A program made the translations under genes and the position numbers. DNA of 13,213 nucleotides, taken from assembly GCA_043810925.1 (NCBI GenBank), contig JBDRNT010000031.1, positions 1 through 13,213 on the forward strand, given 5' to 3'. Shown one piece after another: positions 1 through 8,270 of this stretch. The DNA comes from Candidatus Eiseniibacteriota bacterium. GTDB taxonomy: Bacteria; Arandabacterota; Arandabacteria; Arandabacterales; Arandabacteraceae. Each line of letters starts with the position of its first letter. The stretch's first letter is position 1. Below the pieces are notes generated by a model. It was not told where the DNA came from, did not search any database, and saw nothing but the letters and a program-made list of their open reading frames with translations.

Positions 1-180
1 GATGAGGAGGTAGCGAAGGCGGAGCGGGAAAGGCCCCACATTCTCTCGTTCGTGGTCGAGGACGTGGAAACGGTCGAAGGGGCCATAGAAAAGGCCTCAC
101 AGGCCCACGGTGGCCTCACAAGGGGCAAGTCCCTGGTGGAGGTGGCCCGGTCGTACCTTGGCGAGGTGGAGTCACCATGA
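1..180 (+). CDS. 3' end of an upstream gene (partial, 59 aa); possibly the C-terminus of a ParB-like phage packaging-region protein
   Basis: Frame 1 is open from base 1 (DEEVAKAERERPHILSFVVEDVETVEGAIEKASQAHGGLTRGKSLVEVARSYLGEVESP*). TGA 178-180 overlaps the next ATG at 177 (ATGA coupling). The ParB guess rests only on the common ParB-terS-terL gene order. Confidence 0.55.
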   Translation, partial: DEEVAKAERERPHILSFVVEDVETVEGAIEKASQAHGGLTRGKSLVEVARSYLGEVESP

Positions 181-611
181 AGGAGCAGGAGCACCAGAAG
201 AAAGCCTTTGAGTTCTACTACGGGCAGGGTGAAGGGCGGAGCTACAGGCTGGTAGCGGAGGAGTTCGGGGTATCACTGGCCACTGTCAAGGGATGGGGCA
301 GGGCCTTCGGCTGGAAGGACAGGGCGAGGGCGAGAGATGCTGAGGTCACGATGGCTCTGGCGGATCGGGGCATCAAGGACGCCACTCAGAAAGCTGTCCG
401 TAACCGGAAGATAGTCGAAATGGGCCTGATGCAGGTGGCCAAGGCGATCGCTGAAGGTAAGGTCAGGCCGACCGTCTCAGATCTGGACAGGCTCATAAGG
501 CTCGAGGAGTTCCTGAGGCGAGGCGCGGCTGACCGAGAATCTGAAGGGTCACTGCTGGATGAGCTGAGCAGGCGGTATGCCAGGCGGCATAAGGAGGAAG
601 ACAGGCGGTGA
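177..611 (+). CDS. HTH protein, putative phage terminase small subunit
   Basis: N-terminal HTH (AFEFYYGQGEGRSYRLVAEEFGVSLATVKGWGRAFGWKDR, with the W-x4-W pattern common in terS-like HTH proteins) and a helical C-terminus (SDLDRLIRLEEFL). It lies just upstream of a terL remnant. SD-like GAGGTGG precedes the start. Confidence 0.65.
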   Translation: MKEQEHQKKAFEFYYGQGEGRSYRLVAEEFGVSLATVKGWGRAFGWKDRARARDAEVTMALADRGIKDATQKAVRNRKIVEMGLMQVAKAIAEGKVRPTVSDLDRLIRLEEFLRRGAADRESEGSLLDELSRRYARRHKEEDRR

Positions 612-941
612 GAATACCTGCCAGTGGCTCGCTAAGTCGCGCGGCAACATGCAAAGCCTCACAGGTGCTGGGGCAAGCGGCCGGGCGTTCGATAATCCGG
701 AACCAGATCGGCATGATACTCTTCGCGAAGTTGTGTCTCAACACCGGTGAGGAAGGTTTCGCTCCCGGGTGGGTCCACTAGGTATGACACGGCCAGGAAT
801 GAGCGGCACTATGCCGATAAGGGATGGAGTCAGATGCCCACGTATTGGGCGGCTTCCAGCGGTAAAGGGGTTATTGATTCTTCTGATTTCGGGTGTCTCG
901 GCCCCAGGGAGTCTGTGGCGGCTTGGCCCCATGCCCACTAG
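608..941 (+). pseudogene. Terminase large subunit remnant (internally deleted; C-terminal fragment 747-941), copy 1
   Basis: 747-941 translates VRKVSLPGGSTRYDTARNERHYADKGWSQMPTYWAASS. This resembles the C-terminal 'G..RYDA.R....HAD..WA.ALA..AA' motif of Mu-like terminase nuclease domains. A GTG at 608 overlaps the terS stop (GTGA) and opens a 57-aa frame (608-781) with IIRNQIGM, weakly like the K-x-R-Q-x-G Walker A. Far too short for an intact TerL. Confidence 0.6.
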
Positions 942-1153
942 ATCATCCAGTTGGCCTGATACTGTGCAGCACAAGCGGTTCGCCTGGAGGGAGTCTGGTG
1001 ACCCAGTTGGTGATAAAGGCGAATCTCCTGGTCGACATCTTCAGGATTGAGATTAGCCTGCTTCGGTTGAGACACCTTGTCAGACGGCCCCGCCAGCATC
1101 CTGCGAGCCGGTAATGGTCCAGCTACTCTCGCCGCGGCGTGAACTTCGAGTTT

Positions 1154-1765
1154 CTACGGCTTGTAGTATCCTCTGATGCCGCCGGATTTGCCGCCACCCT
1201 CCGGGGGGTCGTCACCTCCACTCCTGCTGGTTGGATCGTCCCCGGTGGCTCCGTATACCCCAGCGCAGAAGTTGTCGATCGGCTCGTCAAGGCCCTCATC
1301 GCAATCAAGGACGTAGATCGCATCAGCGTCAGGGTGGTCAATTATGCAGACCATACCTGCGCTGTCAGCATACAGCCATCCCCAGCCGGGAATAGCTACC
1401 GCTCCAGTCTCGCAGTCAGACCACGCGTGCGATATCCCGTCCCCGGGAGACTCGATTTCACCGATGACCAAGTCCGAGCAGCTTGTGAAGGCACAGGTGT
1501 ATGTCCAGTCTGGCCACGTCACCCCGTACTCTACACCCAGATATTCGGTAAGGTTGAAGAACACGGGAAAGAAGTCGAAGCTTGATCCCGCATAAGTCGT
1601 CACGATGTCCGAGGAATCAGAGATCGCCGGGAGGGTCTCACAGGTTTGCCTTGCCACATGGGCCTTCACGTGGATTGCGACCTTGGCACCGGGATTGTCA
1701 CCCCCCAAACAAACTGTCGATACCACCAGAACAAGAATGGCGGCCCTTATGATCGCTCTCGTCAT
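1154..1765 (-). CDS. Secreted Cys-rich hypothetical protein (~203 aa)
   Basis: ATG at 1765 preceded by SD GGAGGT gives MTRAIIRAAILVLVVSTVCLG (signal peptide), so the ORF-track start at 1819 is probably too early. The mature region has several Cys and a low-complexity tail ending GGIRGYYKP. Confidence 0.8.
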   Translation of the reverse strand: MTRAIIRAAILVLVVSTVCLGGDNPGAKVAIHVKAHVARQTCETLPAISDSSDIVTTYAGSSFDFFPVFFNLTEYLGVEYGVTWPDWTYTCAFTSCSDLVIGEIESPGDGISHAWSDCETGAVAIPGWGWLYADSAGMVCIIDHPDADAIYVLDCDEGLDEPIDNFCAGVYGATGDDPTSRSGGDDPPEGGGKSGGIRGYYKP

Positions 1766-1835
1766 ATGACTTACCTCCTCTCCCTCTGGCGCTCCATCTT
1801 GCGGAATAGGATTGCCCACGACAAAACAATCTTCC

Positions 1836-2735
1836 CTACGGAAAAGTGACCTGTGTCTTGCTTGAACCGTCGGAGTTCATGACCCAAATCGCCGTAGTCT
1901 TTCCATCCGCGGAAATAGCATTGAATGCCATCATGGCACCATCTGGTGACCACGACGGCCTTGAAGCCGACTGGGCAATCAACACAAGATCACTACCATC
2001 GATGTCGATCAGCCAGATTCCACCGTCGCCATCCACTGACCACGCACTGAAGGCTATCTTCTGCCCATCAGAAGACCAACGACCACGACGTGGATAACCC
2101 AAGGCAGCATCGTACGGAACTTTCCTCATCCGCGTACCGTCCTCTCGGATTATCACCAGACTGTCACAGAGAATCTCACTGCTGTCGGGAGACCAGTCAG
2201 GCCCGTACGCAGAGTAAACCCGCTGGGCGTCCAGAGAATTGAGGTCCAGAATCCAAATGCCCCAATTCTGCAGTTCATTCACCACGTAGGCTATCTTAGT
2301 ACCACATGGTGAGAAGTCGGCGTCCCCGCAAGCCCACGGTTCGTTCGTGATCTGCTTGTGTTCACCGCCCGCAACGCTCACGAGCCAGATTTGCTCGTCA
2401 GCTTTGTTACATAGAATAGCAGTCCCATCTGGGGACCAATCCCAGATGATCCCTCCCGTTATCATCTGTGACTCACCTACATCGATGTCAACAATCCAGA
2501 TCGTTGGGCCCTCAAATTCCTGTAATTCCTCCCAGTTCTTCGGGTGGTGAGTATACGCTATCCTTGTGCTGTCAGTCGGAGACCACTTGGGTCCAACGTC
2601 GACGGTACCAGGCAAATCGGGCCAGCCAGGGCCACCGTTATCATGAGGCTGAGTCGAGTCGCAGCTCAGTGAACAAATGCCAACGGCAAGCATAAGCAGA
2701 GTGCGGCCTAGTCTATCAAGTCTCGTCACCCTCAC
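1836..2735 (-). CDS. TolB-like PD40/WD40-like beta-propeller lipoprotein
   Basis: Repeated PD40-type motifs (PKWSPTD, WDWSPDG, DFSPCGTKIAY, PDWSPDS, WSSDGQKIAF, PSWSPDG, IWVMNSDGS). Lipobox-like LAVGICSLSC follows a basic N-terminus. The GTG start overlaps the S8 gene stop (GTGA). Confidence 0.88.
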   Translation of the reverse strand: MRVTRLDRLGRTLLMLAVGICSLSCDSTQPHDNGGPGWPDLPGTVDVGPKWSPTDSTRIAYTHHPKNWEELQEFEGPTIWIVDIDVGESQMITGGIIWDWSPDGTAILCNKADEQIWLVSVAGGEHKQITNEPWACGDADFSPCGTKIAYVVNELQNWGIWILDLNSLDAQRVYSAYGPDWSPDSSEILCDSLVIIREDGTRMRKVPYDAALGYPRRGRWSSDGQKIAFSAWSVDGDGGIWLIDIDGSDLVLIAQSASRPSWSPDGAMMAFNAISADGKTTAIWVMNSDGSSKTQVTFP

Positions 2736-5461
2736 CTGACTATCACCACCTTTGTAATCAGATGTTCGCCTCCGACTTCGAAACTCAATGAGTATACACC
2801 CGGCGAAACCACCTCGCCAGCATCATTAGCTCCATCCCACATCACTTCGTGTCTTCCCTGATCAAGCAAAGGGCACCAAAGACGACGGATGAGCCTACCA
2901 TCGATGCTATATATTGAAACTGCTACGTTACCGGGCTGTCCCAAGGTGAACGCCATTCTTGCCGCGCCCGAAACCGGATTAGGTGTTACCGTGAGGTGGT
3001 CAATCCAGCAGGAGCTCACCACAGCGTCACCGGGAGTGACAGAGCCTTGGCCTGGGCATCCCAGAACTGTGTATTGGAAGTCCACGCCACTTGGCGACGT
3101 CGGGTATACACCGTAGTAGATCCACTCCTCCCTGAAGGGGTCGTAGTAGAACAATAGATATACGAATGTCTGCAGCTGACACCCCGTCAGGGTCCTCGAG
3201 CCCTCGACGACCCGACAGAAACCTTCCATGTAATTCGGATTTGCTGCGGACCACCCTGTTGTTGCATTGTAGCCTCTCCCCCAGGCTCGTACAGCACACC
3301 ATCCGCTTGGGTACGTGATGTCCTTGCGTACATCAAGTCGCCGGACCTTCCAGTATACTCCATATGGCGGCTCAGGCCTGTCGGGGCCAAACATGATGAA
3401 AGGATAGATGGTGTCTACGGCGGCAACGTAGCTTGCACCTTCGACAGAGTGATGCTCCAGCATCCAGGGCGGCCTAAGAAAACGCATGACACTGTCAGCA
3501 CAGACCCTGCCCCAACCCGACCACTCGTCATAACCAAATAGGCTATCTGCCCCGTCTGCATCCGTGATTATGTCGGCACAAGAAGCGCATATCAAACCTT
3601 CGATGTCGTCCACACACAGTGAGAGTGAATCCGACCGGAGTAGGCCCGCTATGCCCGAGACCTGAGGCGCGGCCATTGATGTACCTGCAGCCGAGCAATA
3701 ATCGTACCTAGTATCTGGGAACCACAGCCCTGTGGTATAGACAGAGATGTCATCAGCTGGAGCCAGGACATCAAGGCCATATCCATAGTCGCTGGCCCAG
3801 AAGAAGGTATCGTCGAAGTGGACGCGCCGTTCGTAAGGAGGTTCAGCCATCGTGCTGGCTCCTACACAAATAACCCAATCGTAATCATAGTCGCAGGGAT
3901 AACTCTGGTCATGCGGGTCACCGCTCTCAATGTAGCCCTTAGCAGCTACGAACACGACACCTGCTGCGTGAGCATTGAATATCGCGCCCCTCAAAGCCTC
4001 ACTGTACTGGGGACCACCCCAGCTTGCGTTCACTACTTGACTTCCATATATCTGGTAGGATTCACTGACGGCATTGATCGCCTTCGCTAGGTCAATATGC
4101 GTGTCGTCCAAAGCGCATCTCAATGCCACAATGGAACAGCCACTGCTGAACTCACCCCAGCCACCCGCAACTCCCGCAACACCTATGTGGTTATTCGTAA
4201 GTGCCGCGGCCACTCCAGCAACGCTAGTTCCGTGGTTGTAGTGCCGGTATTCGGGATCGAAGTACTCGCTCGCTGGATCAGGATCATTGTCGGTATAATC
4301 CCAGCCGTCAATCACCTTACAGCCGGGGCCAAAGCCCTCGCCCAAGTCAGGGTGGGCGTAGCCGACGCCATCGTCGATAATCCCTATTCGTATGGTCTCC
4401 TCACCAACTTCCATGTCGTAAGCTGCGGTCGCTTGGGTTCTGAATATGGACCTCTGATATCGGCGTGGTTCCCTGCAGTAGTAATCATTGGGCGAAGAGT
4501 ACAATCTCATCTTAGAATTGGGCTCTGCAAACTCGCATTTAGGTAATTCCCTAAGAGCGTCAACTATCTCCCAGATGTCAGACTCAGGAGAAAAGTGAAG
4601 GATGAAAACATCCCAGGTGTCCAGAAGCTTCACTGAGAATCCGGTGAGAGAAACTACCTCAGATCCACCTCTTTCCACATTCCTGTAGAGTCTCTCAATC
4701 GTTTGAATCCCAAATCGCGTCATCACGTCTCTTACTGCTTCGTTGTAGACGTGATCAGTATTTCCCGCTTGTTGGGAGCTGGGCAGCTCTATCGTCCCAG
4801 GAACGAACATGGCTATCACTTGACCTAGAGCATGGTTATTGTTTCTCACCTCGATAACGGGTTTACCAAGGCAGTTCAAGGCTGTACGCTGGACTCCCGA
4901 GGGCAAGGCATTGCCAGGATTGTGGGGAGATATGTTGATGTGTCCAACGCATAGCTTACTACGGTCTATCAAGAGTCCTCTTAGGTCAGCTAGGACAACA
5001 CTCCGGTGAAGGTTCTCCGGATTCGGCGTAATCCGGAGCCTTCCCTTGGACTCAGCTCCCTTTCGAAGACTTAGAGTCCAGTAACCGACTGCCGCTGGCG
5101 TTCGTTGTCCCGGCAAGTGCATGTCTTCAGGGAAACCCTGCTCATTGTGGTCAAGGCCAACCCACCCAGGCAAAAGATGGAAACCCGTATTAACAACGCT
5201 GGAGTCTGGTGATGTCAGCTCAAAGCCAAGGTCATACCCACTGAGGTAGCCTCCAAGTATATCATCTACTACTAGAAAGGCATACAGGTGGTCAGCAGAG
5301 CCTGAATACACAGAGTCGATTGACGATATGTCTGGGACCGGGGACGTCTCGATATCGATAGCCACTGTGGGACCATGCTGCTCGCCCCGACAAGGAAATG
5401 CAATCAAGGAGATTGCTGTAAGAGTGAGCAGCCCGGCCACGACCATTTTGTACCAGCACAT
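2732..5461 (-). CDS. Secreted S8 (subtilisin-like) serine peptidase with C-terminal FlgD-Ig/T9SS-like sorting domain (~909 aa)
   Basis: Catalytic triad motifs IGIIDDG, NHGTSVAG and GTSMAAP. Prodomain end FAEPN. Signal peptide MCWYKMVVAGLLTLTAISLIAFPCRG. C-terminal TPNP...IYSIDGRLIRRL...WDGANDAGEVVSPGVY. SD AAGGAGG upstream of ATG 5461. Confidence 0.95.
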   Translation of the reverse strand: MCWYKMVVAGLLTLTAISLIAFPCRGEQHGPTVAIDIETSPVPDISSIDSVYSGSADHLYAFLVVDDILGGYLSGYDLGFELTSPDSSVVNTGFHLLPGWVGLDHNEQGFPEDMHLPGQRTPAAVGYWTLSLRKGAESKGRLRITPNPENLHRSVVLADLRGLLIDRSKLCVGHINISPHNPGNALPSGVQRTALNCLGKPVIEVRNNNHALGQVIAMFVPGTIELPSSQQAGNTDHVYNEAVRDVMTRFGIQTIERLYRNVERGGSEVVSLTGFSVKLLDTWDVFILHFSPESDIWEIVDALRELPKCEFAEPNSKMRLYSSPNDYYCREPRRYQRSIFRTQATAAYDMEVGEETIRIGIIDDGVGYAHPDLGEGFGPGCKVIDGWDYTDNDPDPASEYFDPEYRHYNHGTSVAGVAAALTNNHIGVAGVAGGWGEFSSGCSIVALRCALDDTHIDLAKAINAVSESYQIYGSQVVNASWGGPQYSEALRGAIFNAHAAGVVFVAAKGYIESGDPHDQSYPCDYDYDWVICVGASTMAEPPYERRVHFDDTFFWASDYGYGLDVLAPADDISVYTTGLWFPDTRYDYCSAAGTSMAAPQVSGIAGLLRSDSLSLCVDDIEGLICASCADIITDADGADSLFGYDEWSGWGRVCADSVMRFLRPPWMLEHHSVEGASYVAAVDTIYPFIMFGPDRPEPPYGVYWKVRRLDVRKDITYPSGWCAVRAWGRGYNATTGWSAANPNYMEGFCRVVEGSRTLTGCQLQTFVYLLFYYDPFREEWIYYGVYPTSPSGVDFQYTVLGCPGQGSVTPGDAVVSSCWIDHLTVTPNPVSGAARMAFTLGQPGNVAVSIYSIDGRLIRRLWCPLLDQGRHEVMWDGANDAGEVVSPGVYSLSFEVGGEHLITKVVIVR

Positions 5462-5737
5462 AGCAGACCTCCTTCGTATACCCGGTCCAAGAGTCACAAC
5501 CCTGTGACGTTCTCCTCTGCCAGGTCCCGATCTCAGAACCCGTACTCAGCGGGACGCAACTGGGTCATCTCCTCACGGTGCTGATGTTTCCATACTAGGG
5601 TACTCGGTCTGCCACTGGCCCGGAATGGTGTCTACTAGGCAAAAAGAAGGGTGTCGTAAGGATGGTATGAACAAACTCCGTGCCGCTGCCATGAGGTACA
5701 TCACCTCTCTGTGATCCTACACATCGAGCGCTTAAGG

Positions 5738-5766
5738 AGCATGGGGGAGGTGGGGCTGCATGTCAA
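5738..5766 (-). promoter_or_regulatory. Putative sigma70 promoter for the S8 operon
   Basis: Minus strand TTGACA (5766-5761), 17 nt spacer, CATGCT (5743-5738). Perfect -35, weak -10. Confidence 0.45.
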
Positions 5767-5962
5767 TGGTTTTCCTGATGGCGGGGAACCACCAGGCGGC
5801 AAAACGGCGGAGCAAGGACGATGATCATCAAGATACCTGACAACTCCGGGGCAGCGACGCCTGAACACCTGTTAAGGCTACTCGAGCAGACTAGCCGGCG
5901 TCGCTACGCTCCGACCTCTGGCAAGTGAAGTCCGAAATCACCGGTCATTCATTCCTAACTGA

Positions 5963-6148
5963 GCACTGCCGCCCGGAGGCTCCACAAGGTATGACTCCGC
6001 GAGGAATGAGAGACATCACGCGGATAAGGCATGGAGTCAGATGCTCGCATACTGGGCGGCAAGTAGCGGCAAAGGGATGATTGATTTCTCAGTTCTCAAG
6101 GCTTTTGGTCGGGAGAATTCCATTGCGGCCTTTCTGGAGTACTACTGA
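5963..6148 (+). pseudogene. Terminase large subunit C-terminal remnant, copy 2
   Basis: Not in the ORF track. The frame after TGA 5960-5962 reads ALPPGGSTRYDSARNERHHADKAWSQMLAYWAASSGKGMIDFSVLKAFGRENSIAAFLEYY*. It is 32/38 aa identical to copy 1 over the core, colinear to the stop codon, and has no start codon upstream of the motif. Confidence 0.65.
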
Positions 6149-6217
6149 GCATCCGACGGTCATGCACCTGGCCTTGGTGTTCTTTGCTAGGACCCCAAGG
6201 GCTGGTCGGTTAGACGC
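6149..6217 (+). repeat. Degenerate attC-like inverted repeat immediately after terL copy 2 stop
   Basis: GCATCCGAC (6149-6157) ... GTTAGACGC (6209-6217, canonical GTTRRRY). Inner CCTTGG/CCAAGG stem and L''-like GTCATGCACCT; the matching L' box appears missing. Confidence 0.35.
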
Positions 6218-6307
6218 AAGACTCCACCCACGGTGGACAGATGGGCCTGCTACTTGACGAAGAGCTCTGCCCAGTCCATCCTTCGCGTGAGCGGTGTTTC
6301 GTGGTAC

Positions 6308-6715
6308 TCATCGCTTTCCTAGTACGGCTCCAGGGTCGGCTTGTGCGGCAAGTCGACCCGCTGCTTTTGTGGCAACGTCTCGGGCCCTTCCTCGGTGGAG
6401 TCGGGCGAAGAAGCGTAAGCGTCCTATCGAGACGTTGCCATCCTTGTCCGTGGGAAGCAGACCGGTGCCCCTGACGCCCCTCAGGACATACTTCCGGATG
6501 AGAGATGTCCGGACACCGGCCGCCCTCGCTACCTCCGATAAGGTAAATCCGACCTTTTCAAACTCCCTCCTTTCGCGTTCGCGGCGAGCGTTCTTCGCCA
6601 CGTCAAAGATCCTGCGCCATGGCTCTAGCGCTTCGGTTTCCATGAGCGCCTCGACCAGGAGCCGCTTCACCGGTCCCTGGCTCATTGCCTCTTCCAGGCT
6701 CTCAAAGCGCGGCAT
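6308..6715 (-). CDS. Small basic HTH DNA-binding protein (MerR/excisionase-like HTH), 135 aa
   Basis: Strong SD AAGGAGGAG before ATG 6715 (MPRFESLEEA). HTH-like FTLSEVARAAGVRTSLIRKYVLRG. Confidence 0.6.
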   Translation of the reverse strand: MPRFESLEEAMSQGPVKRLLVEALMETEALEPWRRIFDVAKNARRERERREFEKVGFTLSEVARAAGVRTSLIRKYVLRGVRGTGLLPTDKDGNVSIGRLRFFARLHRGRARDVATKAAGRLAAQADPGAVLGKR

Positions 6716-6925
6716 ATTGCTCCTCCTTCGAATAGGGTTGACTCTTCTCGGCTCAGGGGGCTGAGGATCACTCGGCCTTCCAGCGGACTCCGGTGATCCG
6801 GTACAGTGGAGAGGAGCCCCGGCGGTTACTACCGGCACTGGCTACACGATCGCTCGGTCTTCTCAGGCTGCAGTCGCGGGAGTTTCATCGCGGCTCTTCT
6901 GGATAGGTACTGAAGCACAATCATA

Positions 6926-6953
6926 TTGACCACCTCCCTGGGTATGCTATCAT
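6926..6953 (+). promoter_or_regulatory. Putative sigma70 promoter facing the HEPN gene array
   Basis: TTGACC (6926-6931), 16 nt spacer, TATCAT (6948-6953), with extended -10 TG at 6945-6946. Confidence 0.5.
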
Positions 6954-6977
6954 TTGACTCGGGGTGTGGCCCTCGGT

Positions 6978-7254
6978 TTAACAAGATCCTTGGAGTGTTC
7001 CAACTGTGGGATTATGCAACTATTGCTATAGCCCTCTCTGCCAGTATTGGTGAGACAGTTAAGTTCAGATGGTTCAGTGTAGAGGGTGGGTAAGGATACA
7101 TCAGATAGCCCACGAGATGGACATTGACTTCTCAGCGGCACGGCGCAACAGGTTTCAGAGATCGATCGCAGGATCGGTTGGGATGGCAAACGACCTCCTG
7201 TGGCTTGTTCAGGACATAGTGGAATTGACATACGCTAGACTCGTAGCAGACTGA
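6978..7254 (+). pseudogene. Degraded HEPN-domain gene fragment (RiboL-PSP-HEPN-like C-terminus)
   Basis: 7069-7254 reads ..VRIHQIAHEMDIDFSAARRNR..LLWLVQDIVELTY, resembling the RR(N/H)xIAHE.D motif followed by a terminal helix. Upstream sequence is in another frame with a stop, and no credible start exists. The 5' boundary is approximate. Confidence 0.35.
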
Positions 7255-7269
7255 TATTGGAGGCCCACG

Positions 7270-8211
7270 GTGGCCATGGTATTCGATTTTGGTGTCTTGC
7301 CTACGCCTTTGCGCGCGGAGTGCTCCAGCTGGGCCGTGGAACCGCTCCCAGATTACCAAGAGATCATGGAGGATTGGCAGGCCGCAGAGCCGGATCGAGA
7401 CTGGGTACATCCTCCAGTCGTATACGCGGTTCGCAAAGGGTGGGACCCGGAGAAGAGCGAGATGGTTGAGAAACGGGTTTCCCATAGCGAGAGGGGAGCT
7501 GTGCGTTGGCGGGTACCGGCAACGCATCGCCTCCTTTACCATGGACGGCGACACTTCACGCGGGATGTAGCGATGAAGGGAGTCGCAGCGTTTGCCATCT
7601 ATCTAATTGGGGCGCTCTACGGAGTCGAAGTGCAACACTCGGGGTGGTTTGTGACTGGCCGGCAGAAAAAGAGAACGGGTGGCATGTTTGTCCCACTGAA
7701 GAACGCGGTCGGCAGCATTCTTGGCCTGGGAACCCAGTGGTTCTTCCGGCAGCCTCGCAGTGTTCAGACGGCGATCATCAGTGCTCTCCATATCCACAAT
7801 CATGTTCCTGTTTATGAGTGGCCTTGGGAACGGTATGCTTGGCAGTACTCCGTCTTCGACGCAGCCTGGTATATCGCTGAACGGAATGGTCAGATCCCAA
7901 AGCCGAAACGCGGTAAGCGGCGCCGTCATGCAGACCGGTTTTACACCTTCGCCAGGGCCTTTCACATGCGAAGCAACAAGCGTGAGTTCTGTCGATGGGC
8001 GAAGTACCGGAATGACCTGATACATCAGGTCACCTGGGGCAAGAACGTCCCGGGCCACATACCGCGAACGCCTGTGCACCGCGCCTATCTGCCATTGCGA
8101 AGCTTCACCACGATGGCTTTGCTGGCATCTATCGGATACAATGGAGCAACTCTTCGTATGCCGTGGAATACGATTCAGCAACTTGGACTCAGAGCCGCCC
8201 CTGAGTTGTAG
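7270..8211 (+). CDS. Hypothetical protein with C-terminal HEPN-like R-x4-H motif (ApeA-like architecture possible)
   Basis: 313-aa ORF, SD GGAGG 7259-7263. Motif YRNDLIH (R 8008, H 8023) preceded by helical WERYAWQYSVFDA. Confidence 0.65.
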   Translation: MAMVFDFGVLPTPLRAECSSWAVEPLPDYQEIMEDWQAAEPDRDWVHPPVVYAVRKGWDPEKSEMVEKRVSHSERGAVRWRVPATHRLLYHGRRHFTRDVAMKGVAAFAIYLIGALYGVEVQHSGWFVTGRQKKRTGGMFVPLKNAVGSILGLGTQWFFRQPRSVQTAIISALHIHNHVPVYEWPWERYAWQYSVFDAAWYIAERNGQIPKPKRGKRRRHADRFYTFARAFHMRSNKREFCRWAKYRNDLIHQVTWGKNVPGHIPRTPVHRAYLPLRSFTTMALLASIGYNGATLRMPWNTIQQLGLRAAPEL

Positions 8212-8270
8212 AGGAGCACTGACCGATCAGGTATGGGTGGCACTGGTATGAGTTGAAATGGAGGTCAGAA

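Noticed and set aside
1139-1585. 148-aa plus-strand ORF and other ORFs overlapping the S8 operon
   Set aside because: Antisense shadows of well-supported minus-strand genes, with no motifs.
762-6148. The two ~180-bp repeats as a DGR template/variable repeat pair
   Set aside because: Differences are not adenine-specific (e.g. CCG/CCC, GGG/GGC, GCC/GCG, TAT/TAC), are largely synonymous, and no reverse transcriptase is present.
6720-6900. Cobalamin riboswitch upstream of the HTH gene
   Set aside because: Only scattered partial matches (CCACTG, GGAAGGC); the conserved core order is not recognisable and the downstream gene is unrelated.
101-7275. Exact 15-mer AGGCCCACGGTGGCC at 101-115 and 7261-7275
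   Set aside because: It is GC-rich, one copy is inside a coding frame, the match does not extend and fits no boundary logic. Plausibly chance.
7603-8181. 192-aa minus-strand ORF (also 7132-7554 minus and 6294-6764 plus)
   Set aside because: Antisense to better-supported ORFs that have SD sites and motifs.
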